Assembly: GCA_964384035.1 (NCBI GenBank)
Contig: CAYLIB010000007.1
Location: 18,769 to 82,768 of the forward strand
DNA length: 64,000 nt
Direction: 5' to 3'
Origin: an uncultured Candidatus Saccharibacteria bacterium
Lineage (GTDB): Bacteria; Patescibacteriota; Doudnabacteria; UBA920
Part shown: positions 38,187-47,683 of the stretch, piece after piece
Numbering within the stretch: the stretch's first letter is position 1
Layout of the letters: the number at the start of each line of letters is the position of its first letter
Program-made: the position numbers and the translations under genes
Notes under the pieces: model-generated
What the model was told of the DNA's origin: nothing
The model's database searches: none
The model's input: only the letters and a program-made list of their open reading frames with translations

Positions 38187-39241
38187 GATATTTAATTTTG
38201 TTGGTACTTTCAACAGTGGTGTCTGTATATCTGGTCCCAATTATTAAACGATTGGCATTTAAATATAAGGTATTAGACATTCCTGTCTCTGAACGGAAGA
38301 TTCATAAAAAACCAATACCTCTTTTAGGGGGTATATCCGTTGCACTTACTTTTGTTATTGGATTATCTTTTTATTTGTATTTTGGATCTATAGATTTTCG
38401 AGTAGTTCCTGTTAAATTTTTCGTTGCTATAGTCTTGTCTATTTTAATTTTGTGTGTTGGGGGGATATTAGATGATATTTATACACTTAGCGCAAAGTGG
38501 TCTTGGGGTTTTCCCGCATTAGCGAGTTTGTTGTGTGTTGTTTTTGGTATCGGTGTGGGAATTAAATTTATCACTAATCCTTTTGGTGGGATCCTATATT
38601 TTGGGGATGATATATTTGGTATTCCAATTTCTGGTGTGTTTACGTTTGTATGGTTAATGGGGATGACCTATACAACTAAGATTTTAGATGGTATGGATGG
38701 TTTAGTAAGTGGAATAGGGATTATAGCCTCTCTGACTTTGTTTTTTCTATCGTTGACCCCTAAAGTGAATCAACCGGTAACTGCTAGTCTTGCCATACTT
38801 TTGACTGGAGCTTGTTTGGGTTTTTTGTTTTATAATTTTAATCCGGCAAGTATTTTTTTGGGGGAGGGAGGGAGTACTCTAATTGGTTTTTTACTAGGTG
38901 TTATTTCGATTATCCTAGGCGGTAAAATTGCGACTGCGCTTTTAGTAATGGGAATACCAATTTTAGATGTGGCTTGGGCAATATTTAGACGAATTCAGTC
39001 AGGGGTAAGTCCATTTGTGGGCGATAGGAAGCATTTACATTTTAGATTACTTGATATTGGATTGAATCAGAGACAGGCTGTTTACGTGCTCTGGTTGATT
39101 TCTGCTGTATTTGGGTTTTTTGCGGTTTTTTTACAGAGTTTAGGAAAATTGGTTGCCTTGGTGATATTAGTCTTTGTAATGGTTGCTTTGGGTGTTTTAG
39201 TAGCCTACGTTTACAGAAGAAAAGAGCTTAAAAAAAAATAG
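38183..39241 (+). CDS. Polyprenyl-phosphate N-acetylhexosamine-1-phosphate transferase (MraY/WecA family)
   Basis: 352 aa; 10-11 TM; LDDIY..., TKILDGMDGL (DG(L/M)DGL Mg site), FLGEGGSTLIGF; 4-nt overlap with the GT2 gene. Confidence 0.75.
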   Translation: MRYLILLVLSTVVSVYLVPIIKRLAFKYKVLDIPVSERKIHKKPIPLLGGISVALTFVIGLSFYLYFGSIDFRVVPVKFFVAIVLSILILCVGGILDDIYTLSAKWSWGFPALASLLCVVFGIGVGIKFITNPFGGILYFGDDIFGIPISGVFTFVWLMGMTYTTKILDGMDGLVSGIGIIASLTLFFLSLTPKVNQPVTASLAILLTGACLGFLFYNFNPASIFLGEGGSTLIGFLLGVISIILGGKIATALLVMGIPILDVAWAIFRRIQSGVSPFVGDRKHLHFRLLDIGLNQRQAVYVLWLISAVFGFFAVFLQSLGKLVALVILVFVMVALGVLVAYVYRRKELKKK

Positions 39242-39253
39242 CTTAGTAAAAAG

Positions 39254-39430
39254 CTATAGTTTGTAACCTACTTCGTGGTAGCGAGTACCTTTAACGCGGG
39301 CTTGGTAGTGGCGCGAAGTCGGAATTAGGTAGGATTTGATTGAATAAGCGATAATGGGGCGATATCGGATCGCGCCAATGGTCATTGATAACAGGGCCAA
39401 AACGGAAATGGCCAGGAATGAAGTATTCAT
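39254..39430 (-). CDS. Candidate small protein (58 aa) not in the ORF track; hydrophobic N-terminus
   Basis: AAGGAGGAATT-ATG: a perfect Shine-Dalgarno 5 nt upstream of the ATG at 39430; MNTSFLAISVLALLSMTIGAIRYRPIIAYS... Confidence 0.3.
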   Translation of the reverse strand: MNTSFLAISVLALLSMTIGAIRYRPIIAYSIKSYLIPTSRHYQARVKGTRYHEVGYKL

Positions 39431-39552
39431 AATTCCTCCTTAAGACGTTAAAATTCACAAAATATCTGGATTTTGTGCTGGTTTTATATTAACTAAACCT
39501 TTGGGCAATTTTACTTAGGATTATTGCTATAGTCAAGCTAAATATGAGTATT

Positions 39553-39581
39553 TTGACTTTTTTGGCAGTTTTAGCTAAAAT
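39553..39581 (+). promoter_or_regulatory. Sigma70-like promoter upstream of rplU
   Basis: TTGACT (39553-39558), 17-bp spacer, TAAAAT (39576-39581); 75-nt leader before the rplU ATG. Confidence 0.4.
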
Positions 39582-39655
39582 AGTTTCTGCACTATAGTTT
39601 AGAACTCTGAATTAAGAGTTTAGAAGTTAAGAGAAATTATTTAATTTATTTAGAG

Positions 39656-39961
39656 ATGAGCGCAATATTTGAAATAGGTGGTAAGCAGTATCTGGTTAAG
39701 GAAGGGGACAAAGTCCAAATAGAAAAAATTGACCAAGCGGTTGGTGAATCTATTTCTTTGGATAAGGTTCTGTTTACTGAAGACGGTGATAAATACAGCG
39801 TAGGAAAGCCTTATATTGCCGGAGCTGTTATAACTGCAAAAGTTTTAAAACAGGGTAGAGGCAAGAAAGTAGAAGTTCTTAAGTATAAGGCAAAAAGTAA
39901 GTACCGTAAGAAAATTGGACACAGGCAAGCATATACTGAAATAGAAATTGTAAAAATATAA
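39656..39961 (+). CDS. rplU: 50S ribosomal protein L21
   Basis: 101 aa; MSAIFEIGGKQYLVKEGDKV... Confidence 0.9.
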   Translation: MSAIFEIGGKQYLVKEGDKVQIEKIDQAVGESISLDKVLFTEDGDKYSVGKPYIAGAVITAKVLKQGRGKKVEVLKYKAKSKYRKKIGHRQAYTEIEIVKI

Positions 39962-39998
39962 AAAAACTCCGCTTCATTTAAGCGGAGTTTTTTTATAT
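39961..39998. terminator. Bidirectional intrinsic terminator between rplU and convergent recR
   Basis: AAAAAACTCCGCTT-CATTTA-AGCGGAGTTTTTTT. Confidence 0.6.
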
Positions 39999-40595
39999 AT
40001 TTCTTCTTCCTTCGAGTGCGCGGGAAAGAGTAATTTCGTCTGCATATTCGAGAACTCCTCCCATGGGAAGTCCACGAGCTATTCGGGTGACTGTTATGCC
40101 TGTGGGGGCGAGGATCTTAGTAAGATGCATGGCTGTGGTTTCGCCTTCGAGTGTGGGGTTTGTAGCTATAATTATTTCTTCGATCGGTTCCGTAGAATTT
40201 TGGATGCGGTTCAGTAGAGAGTTAATATTTAGTTTTTCCGGACCTATGCCTTCCATGGGGTTTAATACTCCGCCAAGGATGTGGAATAAGCCTTTATAGG
40301 CACCTGTTTTATCGAGTGCTAAAGCATCCATGGGTTCTTCTACGATACAGATTATGGTTTTATTTCGGTTTTGGTCTGTACATGTATTGCATGGGTTTGC
40401 GTCGTCCATGTTGTGGCAAAGTGAGCAGAAGGTGACATCGTTTCTTACATTTTTTACCGCTTCGGATAGTTGGTTTACTTCATATAAATCCCTTTTAAGC
40501 ATATAAAAAGCAAGTCGCTGGGCGGACTTTGGGCCGATCCCAGGAAGTTTGCTGAATTCCGTTATTAGTTTTTCGAGAGATTTTGGGAGTTGCAT
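39993..40595 (-). CDS. recR: Recombination protein RecR
   Basis: 200 aa; HhH LPGIGPKSAQRLAF, C4 zinc finger CxxC...CxxC, Toprim domain. Confidence 0.9.
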   Translation of the reverse strand: MQLPKSLEKLITEFSKLPGIGPKSAQRLAFYMLKRDLYEVNQLSEAVKNVRNDVTFCSLCHNMDDANPCNTCTDQNRNKTIICIVEEPMDALALDKTGAYKGLFHILGGVLNPMEGIGPEKLNINSLLNRIQNSTEPIEEIIIATNPTLEGETTAMHLTKILAPTGITVTRIARGLPMGGVLEYADEITLSRALEGRRNI

Positions 40596-40601
40596 GGGGG
40601 T

Positions 40602-40679
40602 GAATTACGAATGACGAATAGAGAATGGGAGTGATTATTTATGAGTCTTCGACATTTGTTATTCTATATTCTTCATTCT
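40602..40679. repeat. Approximately 85-bp hairpin element of MITE-like type, copy b (homolog of 17414-17494), immediately upstream of the recR start
   Basis: GAATTACGAATGACGAATAGAGAATGG ... TTATTCTATATTCTTCATTCT; imperfect terminal inverted repeats. Confidence 0.45.
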
Positions 40680-40681
40680 AA

Positions 40682-42082
40682 TTAACTAAAGTCTTCTTCG
40701 GTGCTATTTACTGCTTGCATAACTGTTTGAGGACGCGTGTCGAATTGTTTAGCGAGGTTTTTGAAAGCTGTTTTTTCGTTGTCGAAGTATAAGTCTACTT
40801 GTCCGGTAGGACCGTTACGATGTTTTTTAATGTGTATTTCAGCAATATGAGGACGTTTGCTATCTGCGCCTTTATACATATCTTCTCGATAAATAAACAT
40901 GACTACGTCTGCATCTTGTTCTATAGAACCAGATTCTCTAAGGTCTGAAAGTTGTGGTACTTTGTCTGGGCGTTGTTCAACGCTTCGAGATAACTGAGAT
41001 AAAGCTAAGACTGGAACATTAAGTTCACGAGCGAGTATTTTAAGAGATCTGGAAATTTCGCTAACTTCTTGTACGCGGTTGTCGGTATTGTGGCCTGACA
41101 TGAGTTGAAGGTAGTCGATAACTACCATTCCTATACCATGTTCCTGTTGTAATCTACGAGCTTTGGTTCTTACTTCCATAATATTGCTACCAGCAGCGTC
41201 GTCGATGAATATTTGGGCTTCTCCGAGACGCCCCATAGCAACACCAATTTTTTCAAAGTCTTCTTCATTCAAATTACCGGTACGAATTTTCCAAAGATTA
41301 ACGTCTGACTCAGAAGAAAGAAGTCTGTCTACTAATTGATCTTTGCTCATTTCGAGTGAGAAGATAGCAGTTGGAATTTTTGCTTGCGTTGAAATGTTCT
41401 TAATTATTTCCAAAGCGAAAGAGGTCTTACCCATACTTGGACGAGCGGCGAGTATAATAAGGTCGGATTTTTGAAAACCGCCAAGGATATTGTCCATGTC
41501 TACGTAACCTGTAGGGAGACCGCGGAATTTGCCTTTATCTCTATGAAGTTCGTCTATTCTTTCAAAAGTTTCGTGAAGGACATCTGAGATAGAGATAAAA
41601 TTTTGTTTAAGATGTTTTTGGGTAACACCGTATAGTTTTTGCTCAGCTTGGTCGAGAATGGTTTCTACTTCGCCTTCTTCTTCGTAGGCGAGATGAGTTA
41701 TTTCGGAAGCGGAGTTAATAAGTCTTCTAAGGGTACCTTTTTTTCTAACTATGCCAGCGTAGTGGACTATATGAGCGCTATTTGGTACTACACTGCCGAG
41801 TTCAGCTATGTAGGAGGTGCCACCAGCTCTGTCTAGGGACTTAACATCCTCTAGGGCAGAAGAGACAGTAAGGATGTCTATTGGTGAGTTTTTTTGATAG
41901 AGCCTTAATATAGCCTCGAAAATAAGTTTGTGGCGGTGGTCGTAAAAGTCGTCTGAAATTAAGATATCGGCGATTTTTATAATACCGTCGCGGTCGAGCA
42001 GTAAACAGCCAAGAACCGACTTTTCGGCTTCTAGGTTTTGCGGGGGAATTCTATCTATATTTGGTGTTGATTTTGTAGTCAT
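40682..42082 (-). CDS. dnaB: Replicative DNA helicase DnaB
   Basis: 466 aa; Walker A ARPSMGKTSFAL, DnaB N-terminal domain, RecA-like fold motifs. Confidence 0.9.
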   Translation of the reverse strand: MTTKSTPNIDRIPPQNLEAEKSVLGCLLLDRDGIIKIADILISDDFYDHRHKLIFEAILRLYQKNSPIDILTVSSALEDVKSLDRAGGTSYIAELGSVVPNSAHIVHYAGIVRKKGTLRRLINSASEITHLAYEEEGEVETILDQAEQKLYGVTQKHLKQNFISISDVLHETFERIDELHRDKGKFRGLPTGYVDMDNILGGFQKSDLIILAARPSMGKTSFALEIIKNISTQAKIPTAIFSLEMSKDQLVDRLLSSESDVNLWKIRTGNLNEEDFEKIGVAMGRLGEAQIFIDDAAGSNIMEVRTKARRLQQEHGIGMVVIDYLQLMSGHNTDNRVQEVSEISRSLKILARELNVPVLALSQLSRSVEQRPDKVPQLSDLRESGSIEQDADVVMFIYREDMYKGADSKRPHIAEIHIKKHRNGPTGQVDLYFDNEKTAFKNLAKQFDTRPQTVMQAVNSTEEDFS

Positions 42083-42167
42083 AGGTTTGAGTATTTTAAC
42101 ACAATGAAAGGTATGGGTATACCAAATAAGAGCATCTTCAGAAGTGCTAAATTTTGTGCTTTACTTG

Positions 42168-43550
42168 TTATTTTTTCTTAACTTTTTGTCCTTCAGGGGT
42201 GTCCATCAAGATCCAGCCCTGGGTTTCTATTTCTTGCCTTAGTTTGTCTGAGGTTTCGAAATCTTTATCTTTTTTTGCTGTTTCTCTTTGTGTTAAGAGC
42301 TGTGCAATTTTTTCTGGGATTGTAAATTCATCAACTGGTGGGTTATTTAAAGACAATCCGAAGACTTGATCGAATTTAAGTAGTGTTTTTAGTTTATTTT
42401 CTTTTGGGTGGTCGGTTGCAAGCATTTTCCAAGTAAGGGCGAGTGCTCCTGGGAGATTTAGGTCTTCGTTAATGAGTTTTAGGAATTCGGTTTCGTATTC
42501 TTCTAGGCCAACTGCTGCTGGGGTAATGTTTTTTGTGAACTCGTAGAGTCTATTTAATGCCGTTTCGCTGGCTTTTAAATTTTCTTCGGTGAAGTTTAGT
42601 TGGGTTCTGTAGTGAGCGGTTAAGCATAGGTAACGGTAAACAAGAGGGTTGAAACCGGTTTCTCTAAGCGAGTCTATTGTTTTTAAATTGCCTTCGCTTT
42701 TACCCATTCGACCACCGTTTATGAGCAGGAATTCACCATGCATCCATATATTGCAGAGAGGTGTACCGAAAGCCGTCTCGCTTTGGGCGATTTCGTTGGT
42801 GTGGTGGGTGCCTATGTGGTCTACGCCACCACAGTGAATGTCGAATGGTTGACCTAGGAGTTTTTTGCTAATAGCAGAGCATTCTATGTGCCAACCGGGA
42901 AAACCTTCGCCCCATGGGGAAGGCCATTTTAGTATATGGTTTTCGAATTTACCTTTTAGGAAAAACCAGAGCACGAAGTCTTGGGGATTTTTCTTTTTTT
43001 CGTCTATTACTACTTCTTCCCTAGCTCCAACTTTTTTTTCGCTTAGGTTCTGCCCACTTAGCTTTCCATAGTCTTGTAGCTTACTTGTGTCAAAATAAAT
43101 AGCGAATTCATCTTGATAAGTGAAACCTTTTTCTTCCAAGAGTTTTATTATTTCTATTTGCTCGGTTATAGATTCTGTTGCGCGGAGGAGTTTGTGTGGG
43201 GGAAGTATGTTTAATTTACTAGCGTCTTCGAAAAATTTACTTTCGTAGAACTTGGCTATCTCAAGAGGGTGTTTGCCTTCTCTTTTAGCACCTTTTTCCA
43301 TTTTATCTTCACCGTCGTCGCCGTCGCCAACTAAATGACCCACGTCGGTTATGTTCATTGCGTGGGTAACTTTTAGGCCGTTGTATTCGAGGGTTCTTCT
43401 AAGTAGGTCTTCGAAGATGTAAGTACGTAAATTGCCAATATGAGCAAAATCGTAAACAGTTGGTCCGCAGGTGTAGAGACTAACTTCGTTTTTTTGAATT
43501 GGGTTTAGTTGCTCTAATTTCCTTCCCAGGGTGTTGAATAGTTTTATCAT
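42168..43550 (-). CDS. cysS: Cysteinyl-tRNA synthetase
   Basis: 460 aa; HIGN (HIGH) and KMSKS-like RMGKSEGN; zinc-binding Cys; typical N-terminus MIKLFNTLGRK...YTCGPTVYD. Confidence 0.9.
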   Translation of the reverse strand: MIKLFNTLGRKLEQLNPIQKNEVSLYTCGPTVYDFAHIGNLRTYIFEDLLRRTLEYNGLKVTHAMNITDVGHLVGDGDDGEDKMEKGAKREGKHPLEIAKFYESKFFEDASKLNILPPHKLLRATESITEQIEIIKLLEEKGFTYQDEFAIYFDTSKLQDYGKLSGQNLSEKKVGAREEVVIDEKKKNPQDFVLWFFLKGKFENHILKWPSPWGEGFPGWHIECSAISKKLLGQPFDIHCGGVDHIGTHHTNEIAQSETAFGTPLCNIWMHGEFLLINGGRMGKSEGNLKTIDSLRETGFNPLVYRYLCLTAHYRTQLNFTEENLKASETALNRLYEFTKNITPAAVGLEEYETEFLKLINEDLNLPGALALTWKMLATDHPKENKLKTLLKFDQVFGLSLNNPPVDEFTIPEKIAQLLTQRETAKKDKDFETSDKLRQEIETQGWILMDTPEGQKVKKK

Positions 43551-44277
43551 CGTGGTTTAGCAGTTCTTTAATCTTTTCCATTGCTTCTTCTGGGGTATCT
43601 ACTAATATGTAGTACTCAGTCTCGGCTTCGGTAACGGTATTATACTGCTTAACTAAGGTTTCATCTATCCAGGCTAGTAGGGGAGTCCAGAATTTTTTAT
43701 CTACCAGAATAATAGGCACTGGTTGGATTTTGTGAGTCTTTACTAGGGTTACAAGTTCAAAAAGTTCATCTAGTGTGCCAAATCCACCAGGAAAAAATAC
43801 GTACATTTGTGAGGCGTAGACTAGCATTACTTTCCTGGTGAAAAAGTATTTGTATTCTGTGGACTTGTTTGCGTATTGGTTGGTGCCCTGTTCGGTTGGG
43901 ATTTTTATGGAGATGCCAACGGAGTGCCCACCGGCATCGTTTGCGCCGCGGTTAGCGGCTTCCATAATACCAGGTCCTCCACCTGTCATGATGGCAAAAC
44001 CTTCTTTGCTAAGCATGGAAGCAAGTTTTTGAGTTTCTTTGTATGAGGGGTGGCTTTCGTCGAATCTGGCTGAGCCGAAGATGGTAGCGGCTTTGGTGAA
44101 TTGTTTTAGGAAGTCAAAACCCATTACAAACTCTGTCATAATTCTAAAAATTCTCCATGGGTCCCGTGGGTCCTCTGCGCTTTCTGTAGGGTCTTCAATT
44201 TCTACACGTGATGTGGTAAGGCTAACTTTCTTTTTTTTATGTTTAGAGCTTTTGGGTAAAGATTTTAAGTAGTTCAT
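43480..44277 (-). CDS. LOG family protein (cytokinin riboside 5'-monophosphate phosphoribohydrolase-like / TIGR00730). The start is possibly the internal Met.
   Basis: GSARxxE...GGGPGIMEAANRGA...PGGFGTLDELFE motifs; the 3' end overlaps the cysS start by 71 nt. Confidence 0.7.
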   Translation of the reverse strand: MNYLKSLPKSSKHKKKKVSLTTSRVEIEDPTESAEDPRDPWRIFRIMTEFVMGFDFLKQFTKAATIFGSARFDESHPSYKETQKLASMLSKEGFAIMTGGGPGIMEAANRGANDAGGHSVGISIKIPTEQGTNQYANKSTEYKYFFTRKVMLVYASQMYVFFPGGFGTLDELFELVTLVKTHKIQPVPIILVDKKFWTPLLAWIDETLVKQYNTVTEAETEYYILVDTPEEAMEKIKELLNHDDKTIQHPGKEIRATKPNSKKRS

Positions 44278-44348
44278 AAAATATTGGATTAATTACGAAG
44301 TGTCATTATATTACTTTGTATGATTATATCATACAATTCGCAGTTTTG

Positions 44349-44381
44349 AAAAACACCTGTGTAGTATAACAGGTGTTTTTT
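44349..44381. terminator. Bidirectional intrinsic terminator
   Basis: AAAAACACCTGT-GTAGTATA-ACAGGTGTTTTTT. Confidence 0.55.
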
Positions 44382-44392
44382 AGCTTCCCATA

Positions 44393-46078
44393 TTAACTTA
44401 TATCAGCCAACTGTTTTACATGTCTTACTTTTAGGTTCTTTAAGTTCGTGTTGGTGTTTTTATTTTCTAGAATTTGTTTTAAGTGATCTGCGCCGATAAA
44501 GTGGGGGAGTAGAACATAGTCGGCTTGGTGGTCGTAAAGTTTTAGGGCTTCGGCTTCGTCTCTTGCTGTGACTATGAATTTAGCTTTTGAGTTAGTGGCT
44601 TCGATGGCTTCTATAAGGGAAAGCGTGTCGAACATATTTGGTAAGGTGGAAATTATTAGTTTAGCTTTTTTAATATTTGCTAAATCTTGAATGTAGGGGT
44701 CAGTAATGTCGCCACATATAACGTTGTATCCTTTAGCTTCAAGTTTTTCTACTATATCGGGATTGAAATCTATAATAACAAACTCTGTTTTTAAATGTGA
44801 GAGTGACTCGATAACTCTACTACCTAGTCGATGAGCGCCTATTAATATGAAGTGGTTTCTAAGGACCGATCTTTTAAGGTTTCTTTCTGCGGATCCTTTT
44901 TTGAAATCTAACCAAGAAATTAAATGTTTTGATTTTTCATAGATTTGACGGGTATGAAGGATTAGGTAAGAAGATACGGCAATGGTAGCGATGCCTGTGA
45001 AAGTGATTATACTTAGTTCATTTTGGGTAATATGGTTAAGGCTTAGCCCTAAAGAAGCAAGGATCAAGCTGAATTCGGAAATTTGACCGACAGTGAATCC
45101 GGTAAAGAATGCAGTTCTGGGCTTAAATCCTAATAGAGCAAGGATGACAAGGACGATTATAGGGTTTCCTATAAGTACGAAAGTTGAAAAAGCTATGCTT
45201 GGGATAACAACATTTTGCCAACCACTGAATATTAATTGGGAACCAAGTACTATAAAGAACAGCATTATAAAGAAATCTCTGAGTGGGGTTATCTTAGCGC
45301 TTATCTCGTAGTGTACTGCAGTGTTTGCGAGAGCTACCCCAGCCAGAAATCCTCCAATTGCTAGGTTGAAACCCACTAATGGTAACGCCGTTAAAGCAGC
45401 AAAGCCGAGAGCCCAGGCAAGAGAAAAAACTAGAAGAAGTTCCTGTGATTTGCTTACAGTTTTTAGGACTAATGGAAAAATAAATTTACTATGGAGGTAA
45501 ATTATTAAAAGTAAGCAAATTAACTTTATTAGTGTGTAAAGAAAGTTTAGAGGTAAGTTGCCTGCGGTGCTGTTTAATCCTTGTAGGAATACGAGAATAA
45601 AGATTGCTACGATATCTTGTATAACAAATATGCCTACAGCTAATTTTCCATATAGAGACTGTAGGTCTTTTTTTTCTGAAAGCAGTTTAACTACAATTAT
45701 TGTGGAAGAGAAAGTGAGAGCAAGACCTAAGTAGATGCTCTTAAGTGAATCAAATCCTAGGAATTTGGCTATGGTAAACCCGAGTAAAGTCGTGACTAGG
45801 ATTTGTAGGACTCCTGCGATACTTGCTGTTTTTCCGATTTTTTTTAGTTCTGTTACGTCTAGCTCTAAGCCCACCATAAATAATAAAAGTGTCACACCTA
45901 TTTCAGATAAGCCTTTAAGAGAGTCTCCTTCAGAAAGTTTGGAGAGACCAAGTGGTCCAAGGATAAGCCCAGTAAGTATATATGCAAGAATACTTGGTTG
46001 TTTAAAAAAACTAACTATAACCGCAATAGCTCCGGCTAGAATTAGTGCTAGTGTAATTTCAAAAAAAATTGATTGCAC
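44393..46078 (-). CDS. Monovalent cation:proton antiporter (CPA2/Kef-type) with C-terminal RCK/TrkA-N domain
   Basis: 561 aa; about 12 TM; Rossmann HFILIGAHRLGSRVIESL in the C-terminal domain. Confidence 0.75.
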   Translation of the reverse strand: MQSIFFEITLALILAGAIAVIVSFFKQPSILAYILTGLILGPLGLSKLSEGDSLKGLSEIGVTLLLFMVGLELDVTELKKIGKTASIAGVLQILVTTLLGFTIAKFLGFDSLKSIYLGLALTFSSTIIVVKLLSEKKDLQSLYGKLAVGIFVIQDIVAIFILVFLQGLNSTAGNLPLNFLYTLIKLICLLLIIYLHSKFIFPLVLKTVSKSQELLLVFSLAWALGFAALTALPLVGFNLAIGGFLAGVALANTAVHYEISAKITPLRDFFIMLFFIVLGSQLIFSGWQNVVIPSIAFSTFVLIGNPIIVLVILALLGFKPRTAFFTGFTVGQISEFSLILASLGLSLNHITQNELSIITFTGIATIAVSSYLILHTRQIYEKSKHLISWLDFKKGSAERNLKRSVLRNHFILIGAHRLGSRVIESLSHLKTEFVIIDFNPDIVEKLEAKGYNVICGDITDPYIQDLANIKKAKLIISTLPNMFDTLSLIEAIEATNSKAKFIVTARDEAEALKLYDHQADYVLLPHFIGADHLKQILENKNTNTNLKNLKVRHVKQLADIS

Positions 46079-46178
46079 GAAAATTGTGATTTTTTGTTTC
46101 TCTAGGTACTTGTATTTTTCAGACTAGACCATTATATCATAAAACGCTATATTTAAGAGATTTGAGACCGGAAATTTT

Positions 46179-46862
46179 ATGGAGGAAAAAATGGAAGAAA
46201 AAGCAGTTTGTAAATGCGGTGTAAATATACATTTAAACGAGCTTAATGGGGCATGTTCTGCCTGTAAGGTGAGATATTGGAAATCTAGGTCGAAACCTGA
46301 ATGTCCCTATGGTCATAAGAGTCAGTATTTGTGGCCAAATCTTCAAGTGATAATAACTCGGATCGTGAATAAGAAAGGTGAAATTCTATATTATTCCTTA
46401 TATTGTGGGATTTGTGATCATCAATACACGGAAGAGCAGATGATTGCAGTTCTTGAGAAATTGAAAAGTCCACAACAAGAATTCATTCATGAAAAAATTT
46501 CGTTGGCACAGTCAATTAATGAGTTGTATTTAGAAACTTTGGCCCCAATATTTAGACCATTGATAAATTTGTTGATTTGGTTGATTGGAGATTTGAAGCT
46601 AGCATTTTCTCAGGTTTATGCTTATGTATACGCTGATAAGCTGAGTCAGGTACAAGTAGAAAATGTCCAGCTAGCATTTTATTCTGAGCCGAATTTTTCA
46701 GGTCAAGAGACGTCGGATGGGATCCCGATAGTTTCTTGGTCTATGCTAGTCGATGAAGGTATGGCTTTCCCGCAGGATAATATATTAGCTACTTCTCGAG
46801 CCGTGGAATCAGCGTCGGTTCATGGGAATGAGATAGAACTTGCTGCAGAAATCCCTGGATAG
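46179..46862 (+). CDS. Hypothetical protein with N-terminal Cys4 zinc-ribbon-like motif
   Basis: CKCGVNIHLNELNGACSACKV; remainder unassigned. Confidence 0.4.
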   Translation: MEEKMEEKAVCKCGVNIHLNELNGACSACKVRYWKSRSKPECPYGHKSQYLWPNLQVIITRIVNKKGEILYYSLYCGICDHQYTEEQMIAVLEKLKSPQQEFIHEKISLAQSINELYLETLAPIFRPLINLLIWLIGDLKLAFSQVYAYVYADKLSQVQVENVQLAFYSEPNFSGQETSDGIPIVSWSMLVDEGMAFPQDNILATSRAVESASVHGNEIELAAEIPG

Positions 46863-46887
46863 GGTTAATTTTTTTTCAAAAAAATAT

Positions 46888-46914
46888 CGCAGATTTTTTA
46901 TCTGCGTTTTTTAT
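46888..46914. terminator. Bidirectional intrinsic terminator
   Basis: CGCAGAT-TTTTT-ATCTGCG followed by TTTTTTATTTT. Confidence 0.5.
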
Positions 46915-47683
46915 TTTCTTTGATAGTTGGATTTGGGCTTGTTTCCCATATGTTAGGCATGGATTTTTCCAAAAGCCAGCTTTCGATATCATCCAATAGG
47001 AAACTTGTAATTTCAATACCAGAGTAGTTTAGGAAGATTTTTCGTGGTTCGGAAATTTTTACCCTAAATCCTACATAGGAGAATTGAGAGTTAAAAGATG
47101 TATTCACTTGAGGTGGCTCACCTTTTTTTCTTGGACTGAATATAGTGACGCTAACAGGAGTTTCAGGGTTAGTCTCAAACTTAATACGTTTAAGAATTTT
47201 TCCTTCACCAGATATTATTAAAGTTTCGTATTCAGGATTGTGTTCGAATCGCTTTCTTCTGAGGATTGTATTCTCGTCAGAAGGGAAGGCTTCGTATTGT
47301 GATCCATTTAGGGTGAAATTGGTAATCCCTTCGCAGTGGCTGATTTTATCAGATGGAATACGAGAGATTAGGTCGCCGACGAAGGTATTTTCCAAGCTAC
47401 TAGAAGTAATGGGGAAGTTTATAGATAAGGTTGCTGTTATGGGGGTAGGCGATGGTGAGGGTAGTAGAATGGGTTTTGTCTGGTCAGTAGAGATTCTTTC
47501 CTGTTCTGCTCTTTCTTTCTCTTTTTTTCTTAATTCAGCAATGAGAGACTTTTCCTTCTCTGCTTGGTAGTGCATGTAAATCATATCGACTTGGTTTGTG
47601 ATGATGCTGGGTGAAGTAAGTGCAATTTGAAGTGTGGTTGCCAGCATTAAAATTAGCGAAAAAAGTCGAAGTTTTGAAAACAT
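46898..47683 (-). CDS. Hypothetical secreted protein (signal peptide, Pro/Ser-rich linker)
   Basis: MFSKLRLFSLILMLATTLQIALTSPS signal-like N-terminus; KEKERAEQER charged segment; no family recognised. Confidence 0.4.
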   Translation of the reverse strand: MFSKLRLFSLILMLATTLQIALTSPSIITNQVDMIYMHYQAEKEKSLIAELRKKEKERAEQERISTDQTKPILLPSPSPTPITATLSINFPITSSSLENTFVGDLISRIPSDKISHCEGITNFTLNGSQYEAFPSDENTILRRKRFEHNPEYETLIISGEGKILKRIKFETNPETPVSVTIFSPRKKGEPPQVNTSFNSQFSYVGFRVKISEPRKIFLNYSGIEITSFLLDDIESWLLEKSMPNIWETSPNPTIKENKKRR

